A DNA stretch of 64,000 bases from Podarcis gaigeae (Eukaryota). Shown here one piece after another: positions 33,320 through 46,531 of the stretch. The stretch lies in NCBI GenBank assembly GCA_964106915.2, contig OZ066918.1. One strand, 5' to 3'. The notes beneath the pieces were generated by a model. It was not told the origin of the DNA, searched no databases, and saw only the letters and a list, made by a program, of their open reading frames with translations. Positions within the stretch are counted from its first letter, which is position 1. Each line of letters begins with the position of its first letter. The position numbers and the translations under genes were made by a program.

Positions 33320-35815
33320 TATACACACACACACATAGAATTCACACTAAATAAGAACTCAGTAAGATGGTGAATTCTATTCTTGCTGCTACCTCTGGAA
33401 AGGTTTTGAGATGGGGCTAGCACATTGGCACTCCATCCCACTCACCTTAAAATCATTGAGATCTTTATAAATTCCTATGGACAACTCTTATCCACCTCTG
33501 TGGATGTAACTGGGAATATAACTTATTTTAAAATGTAAGAACTATTTCATATAAGAAAAGTACGTTTTGCATTCAAACCTGCATCATCAAAATTTGTGAA
33601 ATTTTAATGTCACATTGAATATTCATTTCGGATCGTGGAGCTGAATTTCCTTAAAGGCATCACAGAATTGTTTTCATTGTTAAAATCAAGTGTTATGGGG
33701 CAGGATGGTGGCAGAGAGAATTCTCAGCTGTTATTCATTGCACAGGCTGATTCTATTCTTGATATTCATTAAAAAACTTTTTAAAGGGTTCAGCTAAAAG
33801 GGGGTGGGTAAAGATTGTGTGATGGCAGACTGCAGCAAAAGAGGGTAGATTTCCAAAATCAGGGCAGGGAAAGAGAAAGCACCAAATCATCATTATAATT
33901 TGACAGTACAAATCAATCATTTGTGACCCAGAGCACTGCAGGGGGCTGTAGTACAAGTAACAGAGAAGCCAGATTGCAACTCGTGGAGAAACGTTGCCGA
34001 GACAGATTGTCAGGGAAATGGCTGCCTTCCAGTAATTCTTTACAGAATATGGGGAAAGGGAATAAGTATTCATTTTGACAATTATCAGACAGCTGATTTG
34101 AGAGAGGAATTTAGCTCTTTTTCAGAATGGGGGAGTGCCATGACATTTGGAAGGTGATAGAAAAAGATGACAAAGCATAAATTTCTAAATAAGGCATGAA
34201 GAGGACATTTTGCAAACCATGATACATGGAGCAAAAGAAGCCTATGCCACCTCAGAAGACTATCTGGAGTCATAGCTGCTCAGGGGAACAGACAGAATTG
34301 TGAAGGAACTGGTGCCTCTGAGCACATTCCCAGCTCAGATCAGGAATTTTGTATCTGTACCAGAATTCTGTCCAGAGCTCCTACACACAAAAATCTACTC
34401 CTTGTCTATCCCAAGTTTTATTTGTTTCAGCAGGTAACTACAGAAACAGAGAGGAAAACCCTTTTTAAAATTTTTATTTATTGAACTTATATACTGCCCT
34501 ATACCCACAGGTCTCAGGGTAGGTACCTTTTAGTACCTTTAATTTTAGGTTGTTGTTTTTTATTAACAGTACATGTGTGTCATGCAGTAACTTAGTTTCT
34601 TGGGAGGCTTATTTATGTGGAAGGGGATTACAGAGAAATGAATGTACATGTTTCACCCTTTCTGATGTTTATTATGTTGCTGCCCCTTTAAGTAAAAGTA
34701 AACAAACAAGTTGAAGTCTGGGAAAGTGAGGGGAAAGAGGTAGACCCCCAAGGGCAGTTGAGTGAAAGTTCTGCCATGGTCCTACTCTGTTTAGGGCCCC
34801 GTAGAAATGTTGAAGTGGCTCTGGATCAATAAAAGTTTGTTCTGTTTGCATCTCTCTAGACTGGACTGTAACATTTAGCAACCTGGGAGGATTCGACTGA
34901 AAGGGTCTCGCCCTGTGAAGGGCAAACCTACAGAACTGTGGAAGAAACAGCTTTGCTTCCACAATTCCCAGCCAAATAACTGAATGGACCAGAAGCATTA
35001 TGACTACTAGAGATGGGCATAGTCTTTCCATTTTAATTCACAAACAGATATACTCCTGCATACCTAGGGGGTCTTGTGACTTTGAAAAATCATGGTCATA
35101 CTTTGGATGATTCCATCTGAGTTCTAAACCAAAAGGCACTTGGCTACCAGGGTGCTTGCTTGTTTTTAAGGCAATGTTTCCCACACTTAGGTTGCCTGCC
35201 ATTTCATGAATTTCCCCCTTTCAAATTATGAACAATTTCATTCTAAGCAATGTGCTTCTTCCCCCTGCCCCTCCCAGCAATGCATCTGGAGATTCCCTCC
35301 CACCGCATGGTAACACATCTTGAAGCGACACCGTACCTCTCCCCCATCCACAGCACCTGGTCAAGATATTCTGCTTCTAGCAATGAAACCAGGTGAAAGC
35401 TAAGTCAATGCTATTGCATACTTTTTATTTGAAAAGGCTGAGACGCAAGCTGAAATGATGAAGAAGCATATTAAATCAGGAAAACAAGCATGAAAAACAG
35501 ATGGTCAGAGGGACAGCCTAACTAGCGGAACAATCCCCCCCCCCCCCCGTCAGCAAAACCTGTTACGGTGCTTGCCGTACTGTACGAGGCCAAAAAATAA
35601 AATAAATTTGGCTCTAGAAAACAAATGTAAAATGGAGCAGGCAACAGAACGCAACGGAACTGTCTCGGGAAACTAGTATAGTTTATTTGTCTTTCCTTCA
35701 ATTTGTACTTTTATAAAATGCATTTGGAGTTGTGGGAGCCTTGTGGTTGATAACTCTGCAGGCAATTAAAACCACAGCTGAAATAGGAGCTACTAAACCT
35801 GTGGTAGCTTTGTAA

Positions 35816-36180
35816 GGTAAAGGTAAAGGTAAAGGTACCCCTGCCCGTCAGGGCCAGTCGTGTCCGACTCTAGGGTTGCGCGCTCATCTCGCTCAAGAGG
35901 CCGGGAGCTGGCGCTGTCCAAAGACACTTCCGGGTCATGTGGCCGGCGTGACTAAGCTGCATCTGGCGAGTCAGCAGCAGCGCCACACACGGAAACGCCG
36001 TTTACCTTCCCGCTAGAAAGCGTTCCCTATTTATCTACTTGCACTTAGGGGTGCTTTCGAACTGCTAGGTAGGCAGGAGCTGGGACCGCATGACGGGAGC
36101 TCACCCCGATGCGGGGATTCGAACCGTCGATCGGCAGGTCCTAGGCTCTGTGGTTTAACCCACAACGCCACCCGCGTCCT
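35816..36180 (-). mobile_element. Sauria SINE, young CpG-rich copy
   Basis: (GGTAAA)n tail, B-box GGATTCGAACC; exact 14-bp TSD TGGTAGCTTTGTAA at 35802-35815 and 36181-36194. Confidence 0.93.
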
Positions 36181-37027
36181 TGGTAGCTTTGTAAAGGTTT
36201 TGCTAAAATAAGTAGCACACCTTTGAAATTGTTTGGTTGACCAGACAGTGCACCACAAGATTACTGCTCCCTGAATGAGTTTGTGTTTCAGCTCTCCTCC
36301 TCATGGTCAACCCTCTCTAATTCTGCTCCAGAACTCTGCCAGAGTCTTAGCATTGAAAGGGCTGCCCATTATTAAGATTTCTACAGTTTTAACATGTAGG
36401 AAAATGTCAGCAGACTCATCTCCATGGGAATGTTGATGGTCTTTCATATTTTAAGTAACAATAATATTCCCCACAGGTTGGTGGCCAGAAGGTTCATGAA
36501 AAGGTGCTCACTTGTTTGTGTATGTATAAATTTTATTATTTTGAACATTCACTCCATGGTTGTCTTCCAATGAATAAACTGAGCTCACACAATAGAGCAA
36601 TCATATTGGTAAAAGCAGTACAACTGGACTTCAAAAAAACACACAAAGCTCTTCATCATCATTTCCCTCATCTTCCATCTTTGAAATCTGCAGAGTTTTG
36701 ACAGTTCAGCCAAGGATAGTTGCTGATGCTTGACTCCAGCCTCCTGCAGGGTGAATTCGTGTTAATTGGATTGTGTAGTCCAAACCTAACAAACCTTGAC
36801 AATGCCATTTTGAATAGTTTTACTGATAGTTTCTGTCGCTTACAGTTGAATAGTGGAGAATGCCTTGTTAATGTATGTCCCTCTTTCCCCATCTCTCCCC
36901 TTATCCTCCTTCTTGGTGTTCTGGTACCTCTGAAAGTAGAATCAAGATCCTGTGGTTAACAAGAGGGGGAAATCCAGGGCTTTCTGGAGAAAGAAAATAT
37001 TCCTGTTAGTTTTTAATATGTTGAAGC

Positions 37028-37368
37028 TAAAGGTAAAGGGTAAAGGGACCCCTGACCATTAGGTCCAGTCGTGGCCGACTCTGGGGTTGCAGCACTCATC
37101 TCGCTTTACTGGCCGAAGGAGCTGGCATACAGCTTCCAGGTCATGTGGCCAGCATGATTTAGCCACTTCTGGTGAACCAGAGCAGCGCGTGGAAACGCCG
37201 TTTACCTTCCCACCGGAGCGGTACCTATTTATCTACTTGCACTTTGACGTGCTTTCGAACTGCTAGGTTGGCAGGAGCAGGGACCGAGCAACGGGAGCTC
37301 ACCCCGTCGCTGGGATTCTGATCGGGAAGTCCTAGGCTCTGTGGTTTAACCCACAATGCCACCCACTA
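37028..37368 (-). mobile_element. Sauria SINE
   Basis: Reverse complement of the 39.2 kb copy with a small deletion in the B-box region. Confidence 0.92.
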
Positions 37369-37574
37369 CTGGAGTTTAAAGCAAGGACTTCACCTGTAAC
37401 AAAATGTAATGTGGGTTATAACCTCTAAAGCAGTGATCCTGTTAGCTAGGGATGATGGGAGTTGTAACCCCAAAACAGCTGGAGGGCCAAGTTTACCCAT
37501 CACTGCTCTAAAAGGACTCTGATAGAACAGCTTGTCACTTCGCATAGGCCCATCCCCAAGGAAAGCAGTTGGAA

Positions 37575-37980
37575 TCTCATATCTTCCAATATTTCTCTGA
37601 TGAAAATAGGGACATCCTATTTCATCATCATTATTATTATTCCCTGCCCATATGCCTGGGTTGCTCCAGCCACTCTGGGCGGCTTCCAACTTATATAAAA
37701 ACATTAAACATTGAAAAACTTCCCTATACAGGGCTGCCTTCATATGTCTTCTAATGGTTGTATAGTTACATATCTCCTGGGCTCAGGGGTTGCATAACTC
37801 CATACGCTCTAACATTTCTCCAGTGAAAAGAGGGATGTCCTACTGTACCCCCCAACACTTCTCTGATGAAAATAGGGATGTCCTAAGGAAAAGTTGGACA
37901 TTCCAGGATCAAATCAGAAACTGGGAAAGCTTCTGTAAATCCCGGACTGTCGCTGAAAACTTAGAGGGTCTGGAATCTGT
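37575..37980. mobile_element. Composite non-autonomous element: three AACATTTCTC.GATGAAAATAGGGA repeats around an antisense L2 tail
   Basis: Motif at about 37587, 37811 and 37855; L2 tail (CAGCCACTCTGGGCGGCTTCCAAC...CAGGGCTGCCTTCA) on the minus strand at about 37625-37770. Confidence 0.6.
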
Positions 37981-39212
37981 TTACCCTGAAAGCTTCTGAG
38001 AATGGATTAGATCCTTTCCACAACCCCCAGTGCCTCCCGTAAATCTAATGGGTCGGAGAAACTGGTCATCCAGAGGGAGTGGTTGGAAAGGCTTGATTTT
38101 GCAGCCTGGTGTTTGCAACTGGCTTGGAGGCCCTGATTTCACAATAATGGCACTGTTTGTACATCAGAGTTTAGAGCAGAGGAGGGCAACCTGGGGCACT
38201 CTCAGTTCTTTTGAACGCTATTTCCTATAAGCCCCAGTCAGAATAGCTAATGTCTAAGGATGATGGGAGTTGTAGCCTACCCTGAACTTTAGAGGCTCCA
38301 AGACAAGCTAAGTGTTGTTCAGAATCCTCTGTAGACCCATCATGCCATATCAAATCTAAATTGAAATGTGTCCACAAATATTGACGCCTCAAATTGGCGA
38401 CCAGGTCCTGAATCTACAGCTGGAACCTGGATTGTTTTCCACTCCCAGTTTTCCGTGGCACTCATAAGGGTCACTCTACATGATGGCTGCCTCTGTGATG
38501 CCAGCAATTTATCTGGAGCTACCTGCTACCTCCCAAAAAGCTTGCTACTACCAAATTGAGAAGTTTGCAGCAACATGAAAACAATAGGCTTGACTGCTTC
38601 AACAGCCTCATGGTGTTGATTTAAAAGGTGCTTCTTCAAGAGTGCTTGTTTGTAGCTGCTCTAAAAATTAAAGTTCATGCAAAATCACTCACAGTTAATG
38701 CAAAGATCTTGTAAATGTGTGAGGTGTAACGAAAACAGCTCTTTTTAAGGCTGGGAGAAAGTTAGAATGCTGGAAGAGCAAACCTGTATAAAAGAGCTAA
38801 GAACTGTATTTGTGAGGAAGGATTAAGAGCCCCCAGTGCCATAGCTTGGTTTAGATTGTAAAAGCCTACAGGTATTTTACAGGGAGAACAGGGGTTTATT
38901 TAATGATATAGTAATATTATACATGATATTAGGAAATGGTCGGAGAGAAAGGAGAAAGTTTTTCTGAACTAGTAGATTAGGATGCAGTCAAATTCCCCAA
39001 GGGAAATGGCTGGAATAGAATTGCATTGGGTTTGGGGTTTTCAAGATTAGACACCATTATAAGGAGTGATTTGACACATGAAATAAAATGAGTGATTTGG
39101 TCTAAGCAATATTAAATGTACGGAAAATTTTCTACATTCCAGTTTGCCCTTTTTGAAAAAAGTGCAATTCTATATCTACTCAGAATTAAGCCCCAAGTAT
39201 TATAGTACAGAT

Positions 39213-39561
39213 GGGACGCGGGTAGTGCTATGGGTTAAACTACAGAGCCTAGGACTTGCCGATCAGAAGGTCGGTGGTTCGAATCTCTGCGACGGGGTGA
39301 GCTCCTTTTGCTTGGTCCATGCTCCTGCCAAACTAGCAGTTCAAAAGCACGTCAAAGTAGATAAATAGGTACCACTCCGACAGGAAGGTAAACAGTGTTT
39401 CTGTGCACTGCTCTGGTTCGCTAGAAGTGGCTTAGTCATGCTGGCCACATGACCTGGAAGCTGTACGCCAGCTCCCTCGGCCAATAAAGCGAGATGAGCG
39501 CCGCAACCCCAGAGTCATCCGCGACTGGACCTAACGGTCAGGGGTCCCTTTACGCTTTACT
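39213..39561 (+). mobile_element. Sauria SINE, full length
   Basis: GGGACGCGGGTAGTGCTATGG head, GGTTCGAATC B-box, CCCTTTAC tail; TSD TATTATAGTACAG / TATTGTAGTACAG. Confidence 0.93.
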
Positions 39562-39571
39562 TATTGTAGTA

Positions 39572-39791
39572 CAGTGTTACCTTGGTTCTCAAACGTAATC
39601 AATTCCAGAAGACTGTTTGACTTCCAAAATGTTTGAAAACCAATGTGTGGTTTCCGATTGGCTGCAGGAGCTTCCTGCACTCAAGTGGAAGCTGTGTGGG
39701 ATGTTCAGCTTCCAAAAAACATTCGAAAACAGGAGCACTTACTTCCGGGTTTTTGGCGTTTGAGAGCCGTTCGAAAACCAAGGTCCGACTG
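39572..39791. mobile_element. Tigger-like MITE (same family as 33078)
   Basis: CAGTGTTACCTTGGTT / AACCAAGGTCCGACTG, TA flanks, internal homology to 33078-33319. Confidence 0.88.
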
Positions 39792-40213
39792 TATTTGCAA
39801 AATTATGAATTAACCACAGACTAAATTGAAACAAACTATACTTAGCAGTGTGTTGCCACAAAGCAATATACAAAACTGAAACTAGTCATGTATTGTACTG
39901 TACTCCCTTGTTTCCTTTTCCTGTTGGTCTCACCCATAAATGATTCCTCCCATACAACCAAATCACTTTAGTTCCTACTTACTCATATTATGAGTATGAT
40001 AGGATTGCTATTAAAAATATGTACATTGTGTATTTAAAATATTTCTAAACCACCCTATATCATAAGCGATATTAGGATGTGCTCTAATCATCAACATCAT
40101 AAGAATATAATGCAATATAAGAGCAATGCAATGGAGACAAATGGATGAAATTAACAGCAGCAAAAACAATTGGACAATGGCAGATATTAAATCTCCCATA
40201 CAAGCCTGTTGAA

Positions 40214-40215
<2 letters not shown>

Positions 40216-40244
<29 letters not shown>
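40216..40244. repeat. (TG)n microsatellite
   Basis: Direct reading. Confidence 0.95.
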
Positions 40245-40247
40245 GAC

Positions 40248-40692
40248 TAGGGATGGGCAAATAGGTCAATTTCAGGTTCTTTCAATTTCTCATTTTTTCC
40301 TGTCAAATTCTGTTCCCCACATTTCCACAACAGTTTGCAATTTTTTAAAAAATAATTCCTCATGAAAATTCATCAGTATTTTAGCCAGAACACCTCCTAA
40401 TAGACACATTTACACGCAATATAATGAATGATATGCAATTTCCCCTCATATACACATTTTCACAACACATTTTCCTCTAAAATAATTTTTTACTTGTGCA
40501 AATACATTTCTATGAACAGCTTACCCTAGTTTATTCAATTTTGTACGTGTTACTTCACTGGATAAGTGCATTGAGACATTTGTAATGTGCAACTTTCAAA
40601 GGGTGGCTGTGTTTCAGTTAATGTATTGTTTCAAAAAGTGCAAATTTTATTAGCTTGCCTATAACTGAATCAAATTTATCTGCTATCACTCA
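40248..40692. mobile_element. Old AT-rich hAT-like non-autonomous element
   Basis: TAGGGATGGGCA start and TGCTATCACT end; degenerate, no TSD verified. Confidence 0.4.
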
Positions 40693-40879
40693 TACTTTAT
40701 ACTTATTTGATGTATAATTAATAAAATGTAAGTAAATCCCTAAGAAAAAATTAACGGGTTATAAGTAAGAAGGTTATGAGTAAACTAGATGTTTAATGCA
40801 CAGAAACTGCTTTGCTATGCTTGGTTTTCTAAAGAACCATCGTCATCAGTAATTGCTCTAGTTTTCATTCCCCTAGAGA

Positions 40880-41430
40880 AAGATGTTAACCACATCTGTT
40901 TTAATTATGCCTTTGCTATTCCAAAGAGAACAGAATTCTTCAGACTGGCTTAAGTAACCGCCCCTCCCCACCCCCCCAAAAAATGTTTTAAGTATGCATG
41001 ATTAGAGCATTTAAATAATCAACTGTTTTCACTAAACCTGCCATCATGGCTGATTGACAAAACATTGTTCAACCGGAAGTAGCAATTAATTACTTGATTG
41101 GGCCATTAAGCATCTGCTAAGCCTTTATAACTCAATAAACTTAACAAGTTTCATTAAAAATCAGTGGAACATGACTGGGGGTGGGTGGGGGAGTCTAAAA
41201 CCAGGTCTGGGTTTTTTAACAGGGTTTGTGTGCATGTGTGTCTCCAGCACAGCAATGATCGTTTGTGCCTTTTACCAGCAGACATAATTCCGTTCTAAAA
41301 AATGTGTGTTCTTTTATTTCCACAATAAATCAGACCGTTCTCTTATATTTTGGCTGGCAGGTGGTTAATGAGCAATCTTATTAGGCCATCCTATTGCCCC
41401 ATTTGTCTGCGGGTGGAACTAGATGATAGA
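40880..41430. promoter_or_regulatory. Candidate conserved non-coding element
   Basis: TGATTGACA (41051-41059), ETS CCGGAAGT (41073-41080), CAATTAATTA, ATTGG, ATAAATCA; TE-free. Confidence 0.45.
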
Positions 41431-42017
41431 AGAAGCACAGGGCTGCTGCTGTTGCTGCCACTTCCATTTTTTTGTTTTCCTCAACATAATGCAGCTTGCA
41501 ATGTTATATCCTTGCACTGTGCATTTTCCCTCCATGGCAATGCACAGCTTTATAATATCATAATGTATAGAGTAGGGTTTCCCAAACTTGGGTCTCCAGC
41601 TGTTTTTGGACTACAGTTCCTATCATCCCTGACCACTGGTCCTGCTACCTAGGGATGATGGTATAGAGCATGCACTACAGCAGCCCATGCACCAAAATTG
41701 GCCTACAGTGAGTTCAGTTTTGCCCTTAAGCAATTTCCGCAAAAAAATGCCCACCTGTCAATCAACTGATGCCACTGGGTGAGGTCAGCTGATAGGTAGG
41801 GGTGGGGTTCAATCCTTTGCAGCTGAGCTCTACAGAGAGCAGGACCAAAGCCTCTGTTCATCAGGGGAGAGGGGAGAATTCAACCCTGCTTGGTGTTGCT
41901 TTGGCTGGAAATGTTCTGGCAAAGGAGACCCCTGCAAATAGCAAAACTGAACCCAGCCTCACATAGTATTTGGAGAGGGTCAGAGGTGGGAACCCATATA
42001 TACAGTTCTACATAGTG

Positions 42018-42198
42018 TAGGGCTGTCCTACGTCCAGATTTTCCTGGCCATTACCAGGATTTCAAAGGTGGGATTGACACCCAGGGAGAATTTCTGAAAG
42101 TTGGTGCATTGTCCTGGATCTTAGGCAAGTCACCTGAAAAATCATTCAACAACTTTCGAGGTGCCCTGGTTGTTACTTTTTGAAATATGGCAACCCTG
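42018..42198. mobile_element. hAT MITE
   Basis: TAGGGCTG / GCAACCCTG ends; exact 8-bp TSD ACATAGTG at 42010-42017 and 42199-42206. Confidence 0.85.
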
Positions 42199-42430
42199 AC
42201 ATAGTGCAAACCTCGGTAGTAGGGAAGTGAGTTACAAATAAAAAATTTAGGCCTAGTTTTCAGCTCAAGCTCAATGTAGGCTCAGTTTTAAGTTATTGAG
42301 TGAAACTAAGCTAAAGGATAACTGTAGGCCTCAGTGCACATGGGTGTGAGCAATGCACCAGATAGTTTACTCAGCAGAATGCAGCCTATAAATACAAATT
42401 CTGGTAGAAGACCCGGGAGGGAAGAAGACC

Positions 42431-42433
<3 letters not shown>

Positions 42434-42470
<37 letters not shown>
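42434..42470. repeat. (GA)n microsatellite
   Basis: Direct reading. Confidence 0.97.
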
Positions 42471-42472
<2 letters not shown>

Positions 42473-42824
42473 AGGATGGTGTTATGTCTCAACCCATTCC
42501 AGCTGCTAGAGTGTCCATCTGCTGTCATGCCTAAGAAGGAAACATAAGCAACCAAAGCAGTATAAGAATTACAATTTTGATTGGTGGTCTGATGCTTTAT
42601 TTCTGCTATGCATTAATATGATCTAACTAGGTTGCTTTATGTCTAGTGTTTGCTGAACCACCACTAAAGCCCATGGACTTCACCCATAACTGTACTTATT
42701 GCCTCTGAATCCAAAAGAACAGCTGCCCTTGGCAGAAAATTGCATGAATTCTTGTACATCCGTCTTCATAGAAAAGATGTCGAACAAAACCTTGTACCTG
42801 AACAAATTTTCACATGAAGAGAGT

Positions 42825-43557
42825 CCATGTTGGAAAACAGACTTAAAATTCACTGTGTGCTATGTGATAAAAGAAAATGAAAATTATTTACAGGTGGTAC
42901 CTGACCCCACCCAAATTAGCCAAAATAAAAATAACAGCAATAAGTGATGGAGATGTAAACAAAATGGAGGAACCTTATACCACATGTGGTGGACATGTCC
43001 CCAAATAAAAAAAAATTGGGATATGATCTATGAGGAACTAAAAATAATAATAAGCTAAAACATACATTTTAAAAGAAGCCTATTAGCTTCAGTTGATCGC
43101 CAAAGAATTGATGCTTTGGAATTATGGTGCTGGAGGAGACTCACGAGAGTCCCATGGACTGCAAAAAGCTCAAACCTATCCATTCTGAAGGAAATCAGCC
43201 CTGAGTGCTCACTGGAAGGACAGATCCTGAAGCTGAGGCTCCAATACTTTGGCCACCTCATGGGAAGAGAAAACTCCCTGGAAAAGACCCTGATGTTGGG
43301 AAAGATGGGAGGGCACAAGGAGAAGGGGACGACAGAGGACAAGATGGTTGGATGGTGTTTTTGAAGCTACCAGCATGAGTTTGACCAAACTGCGGGAGGC
43401 AGTGGAAGACAGGAGTGCCTGGCGTGCTCTGGTTCATGGGGTCACGAAGAGTCAGACACGACTAATCGACTAAACAACAACATTAGCTTTCCTATTAGGC
43501 ATTCTAACGATAAGCATCCCAAATGATAATAAGTGTTTCTTTATGTGACAACAGCGG
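42825..43557 (+). mobile_element. Old L1-clade ORF2 C-terminal fragment split by BovB
   Basis: WKTDLKFTVCYVIKEN, YRWYLTP, WRCKQNGGTLYHMWWTCP and AFLLGIL align to the 3727-4383 peptide. Confidence 0.85.
43090..43481 (+). mobile_element. BovB LINE 3' fragment
   Basis: ELWCWRRL.RVPWTA peptide, (CAA)n tail; TSD ATTAGCTT at 43082-43089 and 43482-43489. Confidence 0.94.
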
Positions 43558-44587
43558 ACCCCCAATTGTGGCTTATCATTAGACACACTTCACCTAATGC
43601 CTATGCCAGACCTTTCACATCTGAATTTGAACCCAAAAAACCTCTGTTTTGCTGTCTTGACTGGTTATTTCACCACATAGGGAGCGACTGGCTCATGGAA
43701 CCTTGACATGTGTTAGGATGATGGATTATGGGGGCATTTGGGCTGATCTAGCAGGGCTCTTATGTTTTTATATACATGGACATCAGTAGTAGCCACAGAA
43801 GCCTGCTTCTATGCATCCCTTGATGGATGGGGTGCCTGTGATTTTTGCTTTTGTTTTGCAGTATGTGTCCTACTTATCCCCAAATCCATCCAGCAGCCAT
43901 CACTATTCCCATGTTGTAGATAGGAAAAAGAGGTTGAGATATGTCAAGATATCTCAAACGGGGGCAGGGGGGAGAGAGAAGAAGTACTTTATAATGCCCT
44001 TATTCCAAATTTATGCGCTCTCCCTCCCCTCCTGCAGGTAAAGACATTGGAGAAGCCGGGAGGGTGAATTGTCAGCCCATATTTTAAAGAGCAGTTCTGT
44101 CATAAGCAAAATGTTATGTGCTGCAGTACATAAAAGCTTTACCTGCGTATGAATGCAGCAGCACTGGCTTGTCAAAGGGGAGGGGAAATACTGAATGCTA
44201 TTAAACAGAATGGGCCTCATTCTGGTCGCTGACACCTGCATATGTCTGAAAGGGAATGGGATTGTATTCGCATCAACGTTGTGTCAAAGAGAGCTGAATC
44301 TTCCTGGCTGCCAGTATCACTTCTGCTTTGCATCCTTTTTACAGGCCCTGTTGGGTAAGATTATTGAAAATCAAACAAGCCTATAGTACCATGAATATTT
44401 TGCTGGGCCAAGGATTTTTAATACAGGAATCTGGTTCTTCCCATTTTCATGGCATGCCTGCCATGAAATAAAGCATGAAAGCAGCCAAGCAGCCGTTGAT
44501 GAAATACATCAGGACAAGGTTGAAAGTAGTGCAATTACGAGATAAACCAGGGATGTTTTCCATCTTTTTAATTGACCCTGTGGCTGT

Positions 44588-44682
44588 CTAAGACTGCAAA
44601 CCTAGCCACATTTACTTGGGAGTAAATGCCATTGAACATAGTGGGGTTTACCTCTGAGTAAACATAGCTAGGACTGAGTTGT
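44588..44682. mobile_element. Short palindromic non-autonomous DNA element (related copies near 21030, 44760, 60710)
   Basis: CCTAGC.A..TTTACT..G.AGTAAA..CCA....TGGGGTTTAC.TCTGAGTAAACATAGCTAGG fold-back structure. Confidence 0.55.
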
Positions 44683-46269
44683 ATTTAAAGATATCAAGAT
44701 TTGGTTTGATTTCTTTCTTTTTTTAAAAAACACACAACTAAGAACAATTTTAATTTCTGCAGCTGTAATCCTGTGTACATTGCTTTGGAGAAAGGCAAAC
44801 AGGGATCAATGGGAGCTTTTGAGTAAATAAACAGGAATTAGCTCAAGGGCAGATTTTTAATTTGCTTTGTACTTCGTACAACTGCAGAGTGATGCTGCCA
44901 ATATTAGTGCCGACTCCGTATTGTCTTCTGGATGCAATGAAAGAAAGCCAGTGTGATGCAATGAGTAGGGTGCTGGGTTCAAATCCCTGTTCAGCCACAA
45001 AACCCACAGTGTGTCTTATGGCAAGTCGCTGTCTCTTAGTGTAACGGAACTCTCACATGGCTTTATAGAATAAGGCAGCTGCGGGAAACGTTGGCCATCC
45101 AGATGTTGCTGAACACAAACTCCCATCATCCCTGGTCATGTTTGCTGGCCAGCAATATGTTTTCCTGTGAAGTCGGTTTAAAAAGAAGGGTGTGAGGGGT
45201 TGTAAGCTAGGTCTTGTCCTCTTGGCATAAGCCCTCCCTAAGTCATTGCAAGGCTGCATACATAGTTCTCTCTCTGGCTCATTCCCAACAGGCCTGGAAG
45301 GGCTGGGTCTTGACTGTCCCTACAGCTCAAAAGGCTCCTACTGCAGAAGATATCTAGAGACCACCTAGCTGCAGGTCCTGCAGGTCCTTGTTTCTTGCAA
45401 GAGCCAGGCACCTCTCTCCGACTCCCAAACAAACAGAGATAAGGGCTGAGTGAAGACCTACACCAGGAACAAGCTGCTGAGATGTAAAGCAAAGCCTGTG
45501 AATCTTGCTCTTTTGAGATTTAGTGATGAGGGAGATCAGCATTACCTGACAGTGAACTCAAGAAAAAACTTGAGGGTCTTCCACCCTCTTCCACTCTCTA
45601 ACAGGCTGTGGATATCCACAAACTGAAAGCCCAGGCTCAAATCACATCAGCTGAAGCAGCAGCGCTTGCTGCTGAAGCAAAAATGCAAGCATCCTTGCAG
45701 TTTGCAAAACCTCCAACACAATCTGCACCACAAGAGGGCTGTTCAGTAGCCAAAAGCAGAGCTTGCAATAGATGGAGAAACACACAGAAGCCTAGATTGT
45801 GTTTAGGAGTATTTTCCTACAAATGCTCTTGAACAAGCCACTTTGCAAAAATGTGGCGGCTCGAAAGTGGAACAGGTTATGAGCACATTGCTGATAGGTA
45901 TAATGTCATCTCAGCGACTTGCAGAGTACAAGAATGGTATAGCACAGTTCCCGTAGCTGCTGTAACAATCTTTCTTAAATTAGATAGTGGAGCAGAAACA
46001 ACCACTAGTCCAACGGATGTAGCGGATGACAGGCAAAATGCATCCAGGGTCAAAGCAAACAGGTTGTTTTGGGAGGTGCGCACCTCAAGCAAAAAGGTGC
46101 AGTTATAGCATGCCACCTTTTCTGTGATAGATAATGATGAATCACCATTCCTTGGGTGATAAAGACATCACGTTGAACCCACCCCAAAGGGTTGGCAAGA
46201 TGTCGTGTGCAGCACCTACAAGGAAGGATGGCCTTTTCAAGTCGATTTCCTGGTACCTACTGCCACATA

Positions 46270-46383
46270 TATGCTGTATTGTTTTTAACACTTGATTGGA
46301 AGCCACCCAGAGTGGCTGGGGAAACTCAGCCAGATGGGCGTGGCTGGGGAAACTCAGCCAGATGGGCGGGGTGTAAATAATAA

Positions 46384-46429
<46 letters not shown>
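46270..46429 (+). mobile_element. L2 3' tip with tandem 28-bp duplication and (TTA)n tail
   Basis: GTGGCTGGGGAAACTCAGCCAGATGGGC at 46312-46339 and 46340-46367. Confidence 0.9.
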
Positions 46430-46531
46430 GTGAACCCAGCAGAACCACAGTTGCACATGGTTGTAGGAATAATCCCTATTCTTACCCTAAGAAAGTTTAA
46501 GTCCATAACTGAAAACCCCAGAAGATACAGG

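Noticed and set aside
44445-44468. 10-bp hairpin TTTCATGGCA-tgcc-TGCCATGAAA
   Set aside because: Short enough to be expected occasionally in 64 kb; no supporting context.
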